Below, in pieces: positions 39,049-52,145 of a DNA stretch of 64,000 nt. A model generated the notes under the pieces. That model was not told the DNA's origin. It did no database searches and worked only from the letters and a program-made list of their open reading frames with translations. Source of the stretch: an uncultured Thermoplasmatales archaeon (GTDB lineage Archaea > Thermoplasmatota > E2 > DHVEG-1). How positions within the stretch are numbered: the stretch's first letter is position 1; every line of letters starts with the position of its first letter. Where the stretch lies: assembly GCA_964615235.1 (NCBI GenBank), contig CAZTMK010000001.1, forward strand, positions 6,987-70,986. The letters are read 5' to 3'. The position numbers were made by a program, and so were the translations under genes.

Positions 39049-40820
39049 AATTTTCCTTTATCTGAATTTTCAGACTTCTTTTCTTTATCTTGAGTATTTT
39101 TAGAAGTAGAAAGTGTTTTTTCTAAATAAAAATCTGAATTAGCAAAAATTTCTAAAATTCCTGCAATAATCAACATTATGGATGATAGTATCAATAATTG
39201 TCCTCCAAAATCCAGACCCCAATTTATACCGATCTGCTCACTTTCCCCAAGTGAAGTTAAATAAACTGTTTTCTGACCGCCCAAAGGAGAAGATGTGATG
39301 CTACCAAATATTTGTTCTACTTCAGGACCCAAGTCTCCAATTGGGTAGTTTTCTATTACAATACCAATTGAAAAAATAACTATTATAATTAATATTATTG
39401 GGACTATGAGTTTAATACCTCTGAAAATGTATTTTCTTCCTAGTTTTTTACTGTTGGATATACCAATTGTAGCTATTACCAAATAAGCTATACCAATGCC
39501 AATAAATAATGAAAAAGGTAAAGATAGTGAACCCAACTGAACAGGACCGCTATCCTGGTCAAGAAAATTAACCATTATACCATTTAATCCATCAACTGAT
39601 ACTAGTTTTACCGTGCCTTCTGTATCAAAACCTTGAACACTAATGTCTGTTGAAACGCTATACCAAGAGTTAAAAAGGGCAATAATTACAACAATAATTC
39701 CGATGATTGTAACAATATTGCCAATGCTTTTTAGGTTTATTCCGTCAATATAAAGCATTGATACTATTCTTGGCCCCAAACCTGTTTTTTTATATCTTTT
39801 ATAAATTCGAAAGCCGATTAAGACAAAGGAAATTAGTGCAATCAAGAGAAATATAGCAACAATGTTGTATAGGAACCATTCCAGATAAAAAATTAAATCA
39901 TTTGATGGTGTCAGACTGTTTCCCCACACGATGGGATTATTCCACATATCACCGTTTTCTCTGAATTTTGGACCCAGAGGTCCAGCCTTACCTCTTAAGA
40001 TGTCTTCGTAGCTATTTATTTCTCCCCATCTCCCACCGAATCGTGACCAATTTTTATCTTCAATTGTTTCTAAATTATATTCTTCAGGATTCAAAATAAA
40101 TCCATTTGCTGATACTATGTCACTTGCAATTCCAAATTTTCCCGAAAATGATCGAAGATAATTTGCATGACTTCCACGGGCCACATAAACTTTTATGTGA
40201 GTTGATTCTTTTTCTACTTGCTCCCAACTGGCTTTTTGTCCACCATGGTGTTGACTATACATACACTCTGTTGGATCTCCATTCGAAAGTACGACTTGCA
40301 CCATCTCCCAATCGCCTTCATGTTGGTTTAATTCTCCTTTATTGAAGGCGTAAAACATCCAATATTGAATTATTTCGATTTCATTTTCTTTGACTGAGCG
40401 ATAATAAACGGTGTAGCCCAATTGGTCGATTTTGCTTTGATAATCTTGTATTATGTTGTTGTCATAAACAGTACCCAATTTATTATCTAAAAAATAATCT
40501 TCATCAGTATATTGCGAAAAATTAATTGTTGATAGTTCGTCAGTAACCAAGATATTGCCATCTTCCGAAAACATGTATAAATCGGCATTTTCTATATGAT
40601 ATGATGCATTTACCGGAAAACATTCCTCATTATTTTCAAAATAAAAGATTGGTGAGTATTGCTCAACTGTTTCTAGGCCGCCATCTGCACCTGCAAAAAC
40701 CCCTATAAATTGAAGGGAAATCAAAAATATAATCAATAAATAGAGATTTTTTCCATAAATTACTTTACCTAATCTTTTGCTCATTTTAAGCCCATCCAGC
40801 ATTGAACAAAGTAACGGCAT
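39045..40820 (-). CDS. Polytopic membrane protein with N-terminal extracytoplasmic domain (HEGDWE motif)
   Basis: Signal/anchor, then a roughly 300-aa soluble domain (YWMFYAFNKG...HEGDWEMVQV...SQHHGG...ARGSHANY), followed by about 6 TM helices. Confidence 0.35.
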   Translation of the reverse strand: MPLLCSMLDGLKMSKRLGKVIYGKNLYLLIIFLISLQFIGVFAGADGGLETVEQYSPIFYFENNEECFPVNASYHIENADLYMFSEDGNILVTDELSTINFSQYTDEDYFLDNKLGTVYDNNIIQDYQSKIDQLGYTVYYRSVKENEIEIIQYWMFYAFNKGELNQHEGDWEMVQVVLSNGDPTECMYSQHHGGQKASWEQVEKESTHIKVYVARGSHANYLRSFSGKFGIASDIVSANGFILNPEEYNLETIEDKNWSRFGGRWGEINSYEDILRGKAGPLGPKFRENGDMWNNPIVWGNSLTPSNDLIFYLEWFLYNIVAIFLLIALISFVLIGFRIYKRYKKTGLGPRIVSMLYIDGINLKSIGNIVTIIGIIVVIIALFNSWYSVSTDISVQGFDTEGTVKLVSVDGLNGIMVNFLDQDSGPVQLGSLSLPFSLFIGIGIAYLVIATIGISNSKKLGRKYIFRGIKLIVPIILIIIVIFSIGIVIENYPIGDLGPEVEQIFGSITSSPLGGQKTVYLTSLGESEQIGINWGLDFGGQLLILSSIMLIIAGILEIFANSDFYLEKTLSTSKNTQDKEKKSENSDKGKL

Positions 40821-40988
40821 TCATTTTAAAACATTTTTTAAAGATTTTGCCAAGAAAAAACGGGTTGAAAACAGTAACATTTATTAGCATTTACTCCATA
40901 TAAGTATTTAAAAAATGAAATAAGTGATGGGACTAAACAAAGCACAGGAGTAACAATAGAACTATCAATTATTTTCCTTATGAAGTGA

Positions 40989-42911
<1,923 letters not shown>

Positions 42912-42922
42912 GATGATCTATT

Positions 42923-45391
42923 ATGACTGATGACTCACTTAAAAAAGAATACGTTCGAGCTATTGAATCAGAAATGAAACGCGCATTTATTGATTATTCA
43001 ATGAGTGTGATTATGAGCAGGGCTCTTCCTGACGTTAGAGATGGTTTAAAACCCGTTCATCGCCGTATTTTGTATGCAATGAATGATATGGGACTTACAG
43101 GAGGAAGACCATATAAAAAATCTGCCCGTGTCGTTGGAGAAGTACTTGGTAAATACCATCCTCACGGCGATCAAGCAGTTTATGACAGCATGGTTCGCAT
43201 GGCGCAAGATTTTTCCTTGCGCTATCCGCTTGTAGATGGGCAAGGAAATTTTGGTTCCGTTGATGGTGATTCTGCAGCAGCAATGCGATATACCGAGGCA
43301 CGCTTGTCAAAAATTACAGGGTTCATGCTTCAAGATATAGAAAAAGAAACAGTGGAATGGACCGACAATTTCGATGGATCTTTAAAAGAACCGGTTGTGC
43401 TTCCCAGCGTTCTTCCCAATCTTTTAATTAATGGCGTCTCAGGGATTGCTGTGGGAATGGCAACAAACATGGCACCCCACAACATTTCTGAAATAATTGA
43501 GGGGACAATCAAGGTTATTGATAATCCTGAAATAGAAGTAGCTGATTTGATGACTGTCATTCAGGGTCCTGATTTTCCAACTGGGGGGATCATTTATGGA
43601 AGGGGAGGAATTTTAGAAGCGTATTCGACTGGGAAAGGTATCGTCCGTGTTCGTGCAAAAACAAATATCGAGGAAAAAAAGGATCGTAAACGTATAATAA
43701 TTACAGAATTACCTTATCAGGTAAATAAATCAAAATTACTTGTAAATATTGCAGAATTGGTCAAAAACAAAAAAATTAACGGTATTGCCGATCTAAGAGA
43801 TGAAAGTGACCGCAAAGGCATGAGCATTGTTATTGAATTAAAGCGCGATGCTATTGAAGATGTAGTTCTTAATCAATTATTTGGTCATACCGAGTTACAA
43901 TCAACCTTTGGGATTTTAAATTTGGCAATTGTGAATGGTGAACCTAAGATACTTAAATTAAAAGAAATTATCCAACATTTTATTGATTATCGTGTCGAAG
44001 TTATTACCAGACGGACAACATATGATTTAAACAAAGCAAAAGAAAAAATGCATATTCTAGAAGGATTAATCATTGCCCTCAAAAACATTGATGAAGTAAT
44101 CAAAATCATCCGAGAGAGTAAAGAGGTAGAAGAAGCAAAACAGCGATTAATGAATCGATTCGAGCTATCTGAATTACAAGTAAAAGCAATCCTTGATATG
44201 CGACTGCAGAAACTAACAGGTATGGAGATTGAAGGGGTAAAAAGTGAACATCAAGCGACTGCAGAATTAATTTCACGTTTAGAAATATTGCTAAGCGATA
44301 AACAAAACATACTCAATGAAATCAAACGTGAATTAATAGAAATCAAAGAAAAATTCGGGGATGAAAGGCGAACAGAGATTGTTGAAGGTGAAATCGGCAT
44401 AGAAATGGAAGATCTCATTCCGATGCAAGACGTTATGATCACAATTACCGACAGTGGATATATAAAACGAATTCCTTGCGAAGTATATAAGACACAGCGA
44501 CGTGGAGGCAAAGGGCTCATCGGCATAAAAACCAAAGAGGAAGATGTTGTTGTTGACACCTTTATTACCTCAACACATGATTACATAATGTTTTTTACCA
44601 ATTATGGCAAATGTTTCTGGCTAAAGGGATATGCAATCCCCGAAGGGGAAAGATATGGAAAAGGAAAAGCAATTATTAACCTCCTTCCACGATTAGAAGA
44701 TGGAGAATATGTAGAAACTGCAATTCCAATTCATGAGTTTGATGATGAGCATTATCTTGTATTTGTTACCAAAAACGGCATCATTAAAAAAACAATGCTA
44801 TCGGCTTATAGTAACATAAGAGTAAACGGTATAAGAGCAATCAAATTAGATGGTGACGATGAGCTTATCAGCACAAAACTTTCTGATGGTAAACAAATAA
44901 TTATTATTGCATCTGCAGGTGGTCAGGCTTGTCGCTTTAAAGAAGAGGAAGTTCGACCTATGGGCAGAATTGCAAGGGGCGTAATTGGTATTCGGCTCAA
45001 CAAAGGCGATAAAGTTGTCTCGATGGCCATTGTTGGGGAAGAAGGAAATTTATTAACAATTACGGAAAATGGATTTGGCAAACGTTCGCCTATACAAGAA
45101 TATCGAAAAACTCATCGAGGAAGCAAAGGAGTTCGAACAATTATTGTAAATGAACGAAATGGAAAGGTCATTTTCGTAAAAGAAGTCGAAGAAGATGACG
45201 AAATGATATTAACAAGTAAAGAGGGAATGGTTGTAAGAATTCCTGTTAACAGTATCAGGGTTCAGGGTCGAAATACAATGGGTGTCAGAGTAATGCGCCT
45301 AAATGAAGCTGACAAGGTAGTTTCAGTTTCCAAAGTTATGGATAATAATGGAAATAATGATGAAGATATATGTGTAACAACAGATGAGTAA
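42923..45391 (+). CDS. gyrA: DNA gyrase subunit A
   Basis: Active-site Tyr region [20 protein letters not shown], and a C-terminal beta-pinwheel region. Confidence 0.85.
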   Translation: MTDDSLKKEYVRAIESEMKRAFIDYSMSVIMSRALPDVRDGLKPVHRRILYAMNDMGLTGGRPYKKSARVVGEVLGKYHPHGDQAVYDSMVRMAQDFSLRYPLVDGQGNFGSVDGDSAAAMRYTEARLSKITGFMLQDIEKETVEWTDNFDGSLKEPVVLPSVLPNLLINGVSGIAVGMATNMAPHNISEIIEGTIKVIDNPEIEVADLMTVIQGPDFPTGGIIYGRGGILEAYSTGKGIVRVRAKTNIEEKKDRKRIIITELPYQVNKSKLLVNIAELVKNKKINGIADLRDESDRKGMSIVIELKRDAIEDVVLNQLFGHTELQSTFGILNLAIVNGEPKILKLKEIIQHFIDYRVEVITRRTTYDLNKAKEKMHILEGLIIALKNIDEVIKIIRESKEVEEAKQRLMNRFELSELQVKAILDMRLQKLTGMEIEGVKSEHQATAELISRLEILLSDKQNILNEIKRELIEIKEKFGDERRTEIVEGEIGIEMEDLIPMQDVMITITDSGYIKRIPCEVYKTQRRGGKGLIGIKTKEEDVVVDTFITSTHDYIMFFTNYGKCFWLKGYAIPEGERYGKGKAIINLLPRLEDGEYVETAIPIHEFDDEHYLVFVTKNGIIKKTMLSAYSNIRVNGIRAIKLDGDDELISTKLSDGKQIIIIASAGGQACRFKEEEVRPMGRIARGVIGIRLNKGDKVVSMAIVGEEGNLLTITENGFGKRSPIQEYRKTHRGSKGVRTIIVNERNGKVIFVKEVEEDDEMILTSKEGMVVRIPVNSIRVQGRNTMGVRVMRLNEADKVVSVSKVMDNNGNNDEDICVTTDE

Positions 45392-45395
45392 ACTA

Positions 45396-48221
45396 TTAGC
45401 CTTCGTTTACCGATTGATATGGATTGAACGCCGGATCCCCATAAAGAGTGAATTCGTGCAGTGCAACATATTTTTTATCTAAAACTTTGGTTCTAGCATT
45501 TCCATTATATTGTTCTAAGTTTAATGAAGATAAGCACAGCTGATCAATAATGCTATTACCCGTTGAGAAGGATAAAGGTGGTGTCCATAAAAAAGTAGAA
45601 TTAGCGTCCTTTTCTAGATATACATTTTTAGCATTTCTCAGCGCAAGACCAGTTGTTGCATCATTTTCTATCAATTCGTTAATAAAATCTTCTGCAATTA
45701 CCGCTCCAAAATGAAGATCAGGATATTTTGAATATAATTTTAAATCAAGCATTGCCTTCATTAAACCTAATATTCCAAAGCCAACTCCACTGGGTAAAGG
45801 CCGTGGCTCAAGGTAGCCAGGATCAGCAGTTACTCTTGTAGCACCAATATAGGCATTTACTCCTGCATGTATAAATGTCTGAGATAATACATTCTCACCA
45901 GGAATCCCATCGGTTCGACCCGTTATGCAACTTTCCACAAATACCACTGACGGTCCGTATTCCATATTTTCAATAGAACGAATACTGTAAGAACCCTTAC
46001 TCGATAATCCGCTTCTAATCTGTGGATATATACGTGAAATCGCAGTAACAAAGGGAAAACCACGTGAATCAATAAATATGTCGCCATGTTCAAAAAGGTT
46101 AAATGAGCCATGTGCAAAGGTGAAAATCAAGCTACTGTCAAGATGTGATTGCCCGCCTGTAACTTTCTCATCAGACATTAATAACTCTATAAATTTCTTT
46201 GGGAATAGCAACCTATTTAGAATTCCCGCGTTTTTTATATCTTTTAATTCATCTTCTGTAAAACCTTCCCTTTGCGATTCAAGTAAAAAGGTATTTTTGA
46301 CATTAGTGTAGCCTTCCTCCATTTTTTCCTTTAAACGTAAATTAATAAAGGTACTTTCTCCTGTCGGAAATTTTGTTGGTTCACCCCTTCCACTAAACAA
46401 CATTTGACTTAACTTCGTTACAATAGGTAAGTTTTGAAATTCAAGACCGCAACCAGTTTGAACAAGGGCAGTGTCTTTCCAATCATCCATTTTTTCAATT
46501 ATATTGTTATAGAAGATAGTTCTTGCAATGAGGGCGCTACAATCCTGTACATCACGTCCGGTCACTCTTCCCACCATATTTTCCATACTTGGCCACGGAC
46601 TAAATGAATTATTTTCAGGATCGCCTGGTTTTGGATCAATGTCCCCCCACATAAAATCACTTGGAAGTGCAAAACCCATCATGTAAGCTTTTGCGTCAAG
46701 TCTTCCGTCAGGGTTATAATAAAAATACATAGGAACCATGGTCGGATCTGCGGCTATGGCAATATATATCGGATTATCATAGTAATAATTCCTTAGTCCC
46801 TGCAAATTTGAAGTGGGAATTTCAACCATTTCAGCAAGTAGATTGTTAAGTTCTTGATGAATCTGCATAGTATGTGCATTGGACGGTTCTACTAGCAATG
46901 GATTTGACCCAGGTTGAGTCACGCCAGGACATGGCTCACCATTGTTAAGAACATCATCATCTGCAGTAAATGCAAATTCTGGTTTTGCAAATACAATTCC
47001 CTTATGATATGCAGTCAAATAAGGCGCAATTGAAGAAAGGCCGTTCATTAAAGGAACGACAGGTGATTCAATTTTTTCTATTGTAACAATTGTTTCATAG
47101 GAACCTACCTTCTGCGTGCCCCACTGTCCAAGTACTTGAAGACCATAATTTCCAGGTTTATCGTACAAGTTTATTTCATAGTGAATTTTATCTTCAATAA
47201 TGTCACCGTTCATATTGCGAACTGGTAACCCTCCATCGGTTGAGACGAAAAAATATCTAGGCCCATCAGGGCTAGCTAAAATAACCGAAACCTTATCTCC
47301 CAATCTCTCAGCATTCTCAGGATTTTTATTTTTAAGATCAAGATTTAGTTTGGCGTACTTATAATCTGCAGGTATATCAAATCTATGGGTTTTCATCTGA
47401 TCATTAAACAACATTCCAATAGTTTGTGTAGGAAGAAACATCATTGAGCCGACGTTCCCAGAAAACTCATAAATGATTTTGTCAAGAACTTTTGGTTGAT
47501 TCACATCTAAAGGGTTTGCGATCGTAATATATTGTATAGAATCACCAAATATGTGATGTATTATAGTCATGCACTCTTCAATAATTTCTTCAGTATTTTC
47601 AAATTCCTTTACCCAGTAGGAGGAGGTATGAAGATTGCCACAAACATATAATGTCGTCACATCAAGATCATCCAAAACTTCTTCAACCTGATGATCAATA
47701 GCATCCGTTACAATAACAGGAATCCCCAAATATGAAGCAATCGGAGTGGCGACAATACCGAGATTATAGCCAGATTCGTCATCCTTAATAACCAGAGCAG
47801 TCGTGGTATCGTCCCAAAACATATCAGCAACAAACAAAGAGATATCCTTTGGTGGGAGGGTATCACCAATTGTAAAGTCGGTATAAATACCGACTTGTTG
47901 TTCAGCTCTAATTATTGCTTTCGAAGGATTGGTCAAATTTTTAAAATATAGGGGTGCGATAAACTGTTTTCCATCATTATCATATCTGACAGCCAAAGGA
48001 GTAGCAATTAGCGCATAAAACGGATTATTATCAGAAACCGTTATTGCTGACGGCAAATCTGGCGAAAAATTTGATTTAATATTATAATTAATAAACCCAA
48101 ATGAGCTGTCATTAACTTCACCATTTGATTTCTGAGGTAAAACTGTTATTGCCCCAAATGACGTGAAAATGATAAACATTCCAAGAAGAATGGTCAAAGG
48201 TTGGCTTATTTTTTTACGCAA
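45396..48221 (-). CDS. Large secreted protein with C-terminal gingipain/clostripain-like (clan CD) peptidase domain, paralogue A
   Basis: N-terminal signal/anchor. Near the C-terminus a His-Gly motif (FAHGSFNLFEHGD) and a Cys motif (VVFVESCITG). Similar along its full length to the ORF at 48314-51220. Confidence 0.5.
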   Translation of the reverse strand: MRKKISQPLTILLGMFIIFTSFGAITVLPQKSNGEVNDSSFGFINYNIKSNFSPDLPSAITVSDNNPFYALIATPLAVRYDNDGKQFIAPLYFKNLTNPSKAIIRAEQQVGIYTDFTIGDTLPPKDISLFVADMFWDDTTTALVIKDDESGYNLGIVATPIASYLGIPVIVTDAIDHQVEEVLDDLDVTTLYVCGNLHTSSYWVKEFENTEEIIEECMTIIHHIFGDSIQYITIANPLDVNQPKVLDKIIYEFSGNVGSMMFLPTQTIGMLFNDQMKTHRFDIPADYKYAKLNLDLKNKNPENAERLGDKVSVILASPDGPRYFFVSTDGGLPVRNMNGDIIEDKIHYEINLYDKPGNYGLQVLGQWGTQKVGSYETIVTIEKIESPVVPLMNGLSSIAPYLTAYHKGIVFAKPEFAFTADDDVLNNGEPCPGVTQPGSNPLLVEPSNAHTMQIHQELNNLLAEMVEIPTSNLQGLRNYYYDNPIYIAIAADPTMVPMYFYYNPDGRLDAKAYMMGFALPSDFMWGDIDPKPGDPENNSFSPWPSMENMVGRVTGRDVQDCSALIARTIFYNNIIEKMDDWKDTALVQTGCGLEFQNLPIVTKLSQMLFSGRGEPTKFPTGESTFINLRLKEKMEEGYTNVKNTFLLESQREGFTEDELKDIKNAGILNRLLFPKKFIELLMSDEKVTGGQSHLDSSLIFTFAHGSFNLFEHGDIFIDSRGFPFVTAISRIYPQIRSGLSSKGSYSIRSIENMEYGPSVVFVESCITGRTDGIPGENVLSQTFIHAGVNAYIGATRVTADPGYLEPRPLPSGVGFGILGLMKAMLDLKLYSKYPDLHFGAVIAEDFINELIENDATTGLALRNAKNVYLEKDANSTFLWTPPLSFSTGNSIIDQLCLSSLNLEQYNGNARTKVLDKKYVALHEFTLYGDPAFNPYQSVNEG
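46951..47035. repeat. Near-identical nucleotide tract shared by the two tandem peptidase paralogues (copy A)
   Basis: About 85 nt with one mismatch versus 49963-50047, embedded in otherwise diverged coding sequence. Confidence 0.7.
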
Positions 48222-48313
48222 TTGAAATCACCCTATAATTATTATTAAATAATTATTATTTAAACATTATTCAGGATTAAAAAAACAATTAAAAATTAAG
48301 AATAAAAATATTT

Positions 48314-51220
48314 TTAGCTGCCCTCGTTACATGGTTCATATGGATTAAAGGCTGGATCTCCTAGTAAATTCAATTGATAAATTGTACAGTACTTCTCAAT
48401 TATTACCTCATCTCCTCTCCCATCAGTGGTAAGTGTATAAGTTGGAACTGAATCCAGTTGTTCTCCTAATGGAGGAGTCCATAAATATTTTTTACTAATC
48501 TGTTCCGGTAGAAAATCATTTTTCGCATTTCTAAGAGCAGTACCAATATCAACATTTTCTTTAATCAACTGCTGATATGAATCCTCAAATATCACTCCGC
48601 AGAATTGTACGTCTGGATATACTCCTCTTCTTGCGTTAATTACCGCATTTAAGTACCCAAGGATCCCAAAACCCACTCCGTCACCAAGTAATGGCCACTT
48701 GGGACGAGGTTCAAGATATCCACCAATAGCTGAATAAGTTGTTGGGGAGATGTAGGCATTTACACCAGAATGCAGATACGCATTTGCAATTGTATTTACA
48801 GGATGAACGCTGTCAATTTTTCCACATCCACATCCCTCTACAAACATCACAGATGGGCCAAGCTCCATGTTTGAAACTGCACGGACATCATAACCGCCAA
48901 CACTGTCCAGTGGAGTAGAAAATCTACCGACAACCGGGAAAAATCTCCCTATTAGCTGATATAAAATCGGTGGACCGCCAAGGAGATACATCATTGAATC
49001 TCCATGTTCAAATCCAAACCATATCCCGTGTGAATTGCTCAGAATCAAATTGCTGCTCTCCTGTAGTTCACCTCCCTTTATTCCAGATTGATCACTCAAT
49101 GCTTCCCTCCACCAATCTAGGGTAAATAACGAATTAACACTTTCAAATCCCTGGGCAAGTTTTACCAGCCAACTTGGGAAGAAAAGCATGTTAAGTAAAC
49201 CATCTGTTTTAATTTCCCATAAAGCCTCGTCAGTATAACCCACTCTTTGAGCTTTTCCGCGTTCGGCAATCTCAACGTTGAAATCTCCCTCCTCGATATT
49301 TTCAGATGTGCGCATGTTGAGAAAATGTTGCTCACCAGTAGGAAATTTCATTGGTTCGTGTTTGTCAAGGACGTTATAAACAGTATTAAAAAACGGTAAT
49401 TTTTGGAATTCTAAACCTGCCCCAGACATAACTACTGCATTATTTTTCCATTCTCCCAATTTATCTATCACGTCATTATAAAAAATGGTTCTGACAATCA
49501 AAGCACTTGCATCCTGAATATCCCATCCAGTAATTCTACCCACAATATTTTCTACTTCAGGATAGTCTGAATATTTATCATTTTCAACATCTTCCTTACC
49601 AACATATGGTTGCATAAAGTATGTCTCAGGATCAATATTTCCATAAATGAAATCACTAGGACATCCAGTTCCATACATTTTGTCCTGTTTAGTAAAGGGA
49701 TCATTATGGGGACTTCTATAATAATACTGCGGCACCATTGTGGTATCCCCCACAATTGCTACATAAAAAGGATCTATTTTGCAATCCTTTGTTAGGCTTT
49801 CAATGCCTTTTTCATTGGATATATCAATTCCTCTAATTTTTGCAAGCAGTTCATTGAATGGTTTGTGAATATCGTTGTATACATGTCTGTTTAATACTGG
49901 TATCAGAATTGGATTTTTCATAACCTGTGTATTTCCAGGTAATTTTTCCCCATCTAATAGTACATCATCATCTGCAGCAAATGCAAATTCTGGTTTTGCA
50001 AATACAATTCCCTTATGATATGCAGTCAAATAAGGCGCAATTGAAGACAAGCCTTGCATTAGTGGATAATATGGATCGCTCAATTCTTCTATTGTAATAA
50101 AAAGTTTGTATTTGGCCGAATCAACTGTGTGAAAACTAGCACTTAATTTTATGTCAAACTCTTCTCCCCCCATATCATACAATACGGTTTCATAATAAAA
50201 TCTGTCATATTCCACATAGCCAGTTAAGTCTCGTTCTGCCGGACTTGCGCTAGTTTTAGCATAACCTATAAGACTTCCTTGGATTGTAACAGCATCGCCA
50301 AATTTTTCAATATTCTCTTTACCCTCTAGATTTCTTAATTCCATTTTTACCAAAGCGTATTTGTAATCCTCTGGTATTGTGAATTTAATTACTTCTTTTT
50401 TTTCTTGAATGGCATTCAAAATCTGGGAAGGAAATAAACTGCCCGATTCTATAGTACCCTCATAAAATTTATTAGTTACATCCATTACGGTTGGTAGCCA
50501 TGCATCGCGGGGATTTGCAATTGTAATATAGCCTGGATCATTTCCAAATTTTTGTTGTACAATAGAAATTGATGCATTGACGATGTCATCAATATTGGAA
50601 AATACAAGAGACTTTCCGTAACCTGAAAGATTTCCACAAATAAGGGAATATTTTACTTCAAGATCATCAAGTAAATGCTTTATTTCTTGATCTATCTCAT
50701 CAGTTACGATAACAGGTATAGATAGATAGGAAGCAAGAGGGGTTGCAGCAACACCCAACTCATACCCTTCTTGATCATATTTTATTAACAAAGCTGCTTC
50801 ACTTTTATCCCAATATTTTTTTGTGAGATACATAGAATGTTCTCTAGGAGATTTTAATCCGTCAATAAATTCTTCTGACTGTAATCCAATTTGCAATTCT
50901 GCTCTTGAAATTGCCTGGGAAGTCTCTGATAAATTCTTAACATATAAAGGTTTGAGATATTGCACATTGTTCTCATCATAATTTACTACTAGTGGAGTAG
51001 CAATAAGAGGGTAGAATGGACATTCATCCGAAACAGTTATAGCATTGGGTCTTGTAATAAATTCACCTGTAATTCCACAGATATCATCCACATTTGCTAC
51101 CTGAGCAGTAGTAAATACCGGACTCCAAAAGTATATGCTTAATGAAGCCAAAATCAACACAATTACTCCGACCAATACGATGAGTTTATCATTCCTCCTC
51201 ATTGTACTTCTATCCCCCAT
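48314..51220 (-). CDS. Large secreted protein with C-terminal gingipain/clostripain-like (clan CD) peptidase domain, paralogue B
   Basis: Signal/anchor, then HGIWFGFEHGD and VMFVEGCGCG motifs. Tandem paralogue of 45396-48221. Confidence 0.5.
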   Translation of the reverse strand: MGDRSTMRRNDKLIVLVGVIVLILASLSIYFWSPVFTTAQVANVDDICGITGEFITRPNAITVSDECPFYPLIATPLVVNYDENNVQYLKPLYVKNLSETSQAISRAELQIGLQSEEFIDGLKSPREHSMYLTKKYWDKSEAALLIKYDQEGYELGVAATPLASYLSIPVIVTDEIDQEIKHLLDDLEVKYSLICGNLSGYGKSLVFSNIDDIVNASISIVQQKFGNDPGYITIANPRDAWLPTVMDVTNKFYEGTIESGSLFPSQILNAIQEKKEVIKFTIPEDYKYALVKMELRNLEGKENIEKFGDAVTIQGSLIGYAKTSASPAERDLTGYVEYDRFYYETVLYDMGGEEFDIKLSASFHTVDSAKYKLFITIEELSDPYYPLMQGLSSIAPYLTAYHKGIVFAKPEFAFAADDDVLLDGEKLPGNTQVMKNPILIPVLNRHVYNDIHKPFNELLAKIRGIDISNEKGIESLTKDCKIDPFYVAIVGDTTMVPQYYYRSPHNDPFTKQDKMYGTGCPSDFIYGNIDPETYFMQPYVGKEDVENDKYSDYPEVENIVGRITGWDIQDASALIVRTIFYNDVIDKLGEWKNNAVVMSGAGLEFQKLPFFNTVYNVLDKHEPMKFPTGEQHFLNMRTSENIEEGDFNVEIAERGKAQRVGYTDEALWEIKTDGLLNMLFFPSWLVKLAQGFESVNSLFTLDWWREALSDQSGIKGGELQESSNLILSNSHGIWFGFEHGDSMMYLLGGPPILYQLIGRFFPVVGRFSTPLDSVGGYDVRAVSNMELGPSVMFVEGCGCGKIDSVHPVNTIANAYLHSGVNAYISPTTYSAIGGYLEPRPKWPLLGDGVGFGILGYLNAVINARRGVYPDVQFCGVIFEDSYQQLIKENVDIGTALRNAKNDFLPEQISKKYLWTPPLGEQLDSVPTYTLTTDGRGDEVIIEKYCTIYQLNLLGDPAFNPYEPCNEGS
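49963..50047. repeat. Near-identical nucleotide tract shared by the two tandem peptidase paralogues (copy B)
   Basis: About 85 nt with one mismatch versus 46951-47035. Confidence 0.7.
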
Positions 51221-51442
51221 TATAAGATATAAATTTATATTTTCATCTATATTTGTATCTTTCTATATAATGTTTTCTATTATAAATTTTAATTCATTTT
51301 TTTAACTAAAATTTTTAACTAAAAATTAGTATATTTTTCCTACTAAATTTTTTACAAAAAGTTGAATTATTTTAATATTATCCTGATTCAATACTTTTAA
51401 GAAGCCAACAGCTAATTACATGAGGCTGAGAGTGAAAGAATT

Positions 51443-51808
51443 ATGGCTGAGGAAGAAATTTCAAAACAACTCCAAGATCAAGTCAACAGGTTGCAGCAGA
51501 TGAGAACCCAATTACAGATGATAATGCAACAACGTCAACAAGTTGAAATCAGGTTAAAGGAAGTCGATGATGCCCTGGAAGAATTAGATAAAGCAGATGC
51601 CAAAACCCCAATATATAAGAGTGTAGGCTCGATTCTATTAAAAACTAAAGGTAAAAATTACATAATAAAGGAGCTAAAGTCTAACAAGGAAACACTTAAT
51701 TTAAGAAAGAGTACATTGGAAAAGCAAGAAGGTAGAACAAAAGAAAAAGTTGGTGAATTAGAAAGCAAGGTAAAAAATGCTTTAAATCTTTCACCTGCAA
51801 ACACATAA
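51443..51808 (+). CDS. pfdB: Prefoldin beta subunit
   Basis: 121 aa; two coiled-coil arms around a central hairpin region (YKSVGSILLK); Q-rich N-terminal helix typical of PfdB. Confidence 0.5.
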   Translation: MAEEEISKQLQDQVNRLQQMRTQLQMIMQQRQQVEIRLKEVDDALEELDKADAKTPIYKSVGSILLKTKGKNYIIKELKSNKETLNLRKSTLEKQEGRTKEKVGELESKVKNALNLSPANT

Positions 51809-51815
51809 TAAAAAA

Positions 51816-52142
51816 ATGATAAAAGAAAAGCGTTTCTCGAGCCGTCAAGATTTTAAAACTGGGGTTTTCTTTAAAATTTCGATTTTATTAGGTATAATTT
51901 TACTAATTTTTTATCTTGTTTTACAATCGGTTGCTAACTTTATTGAAAAAACAGATTCTGGTCTTATTTCAATAATTCAGAACCTTGCCAATTCATCAAT
52001 TGCTGAAACAGTTCTAGCGTTTGCGATAATATTTATAGGATTAGGGCTAATTTCATATTTTTTTTATGTTCAGTTTTCAAAACTTTCAAAAATATCTGAT
52101 GAAATAGAAGAAATAGATGAATCTGAAGAAATAGAATTGTAA
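51816..52142 (+). CDS. Small membrane protein
   Basis: Two predicted TM segments and an acidic C-terminus. Confidence 0.3.
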   Translation: MIKEKRFSSRQDFKTGVFFKISILLGIILLIFYLVLQSVANFIEKTDSGLISIIQNLANSSIAETVLAFAIIFIGLGLISYFFYVQFSKLSKISDEIEEIDESEEIEL

Positions 52143-52145
52143 TAA

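Noticed and set aside
51281-51330. Direct repeat ttttaactaaaa occurring twice in the spacer upstream of the prefoldin gene.
   Set aside because: A short AT-rich duplication in an AT-rich promoter region. It has no spacer-and-repeat periodicity or other sign of a CRISPR or structured element.
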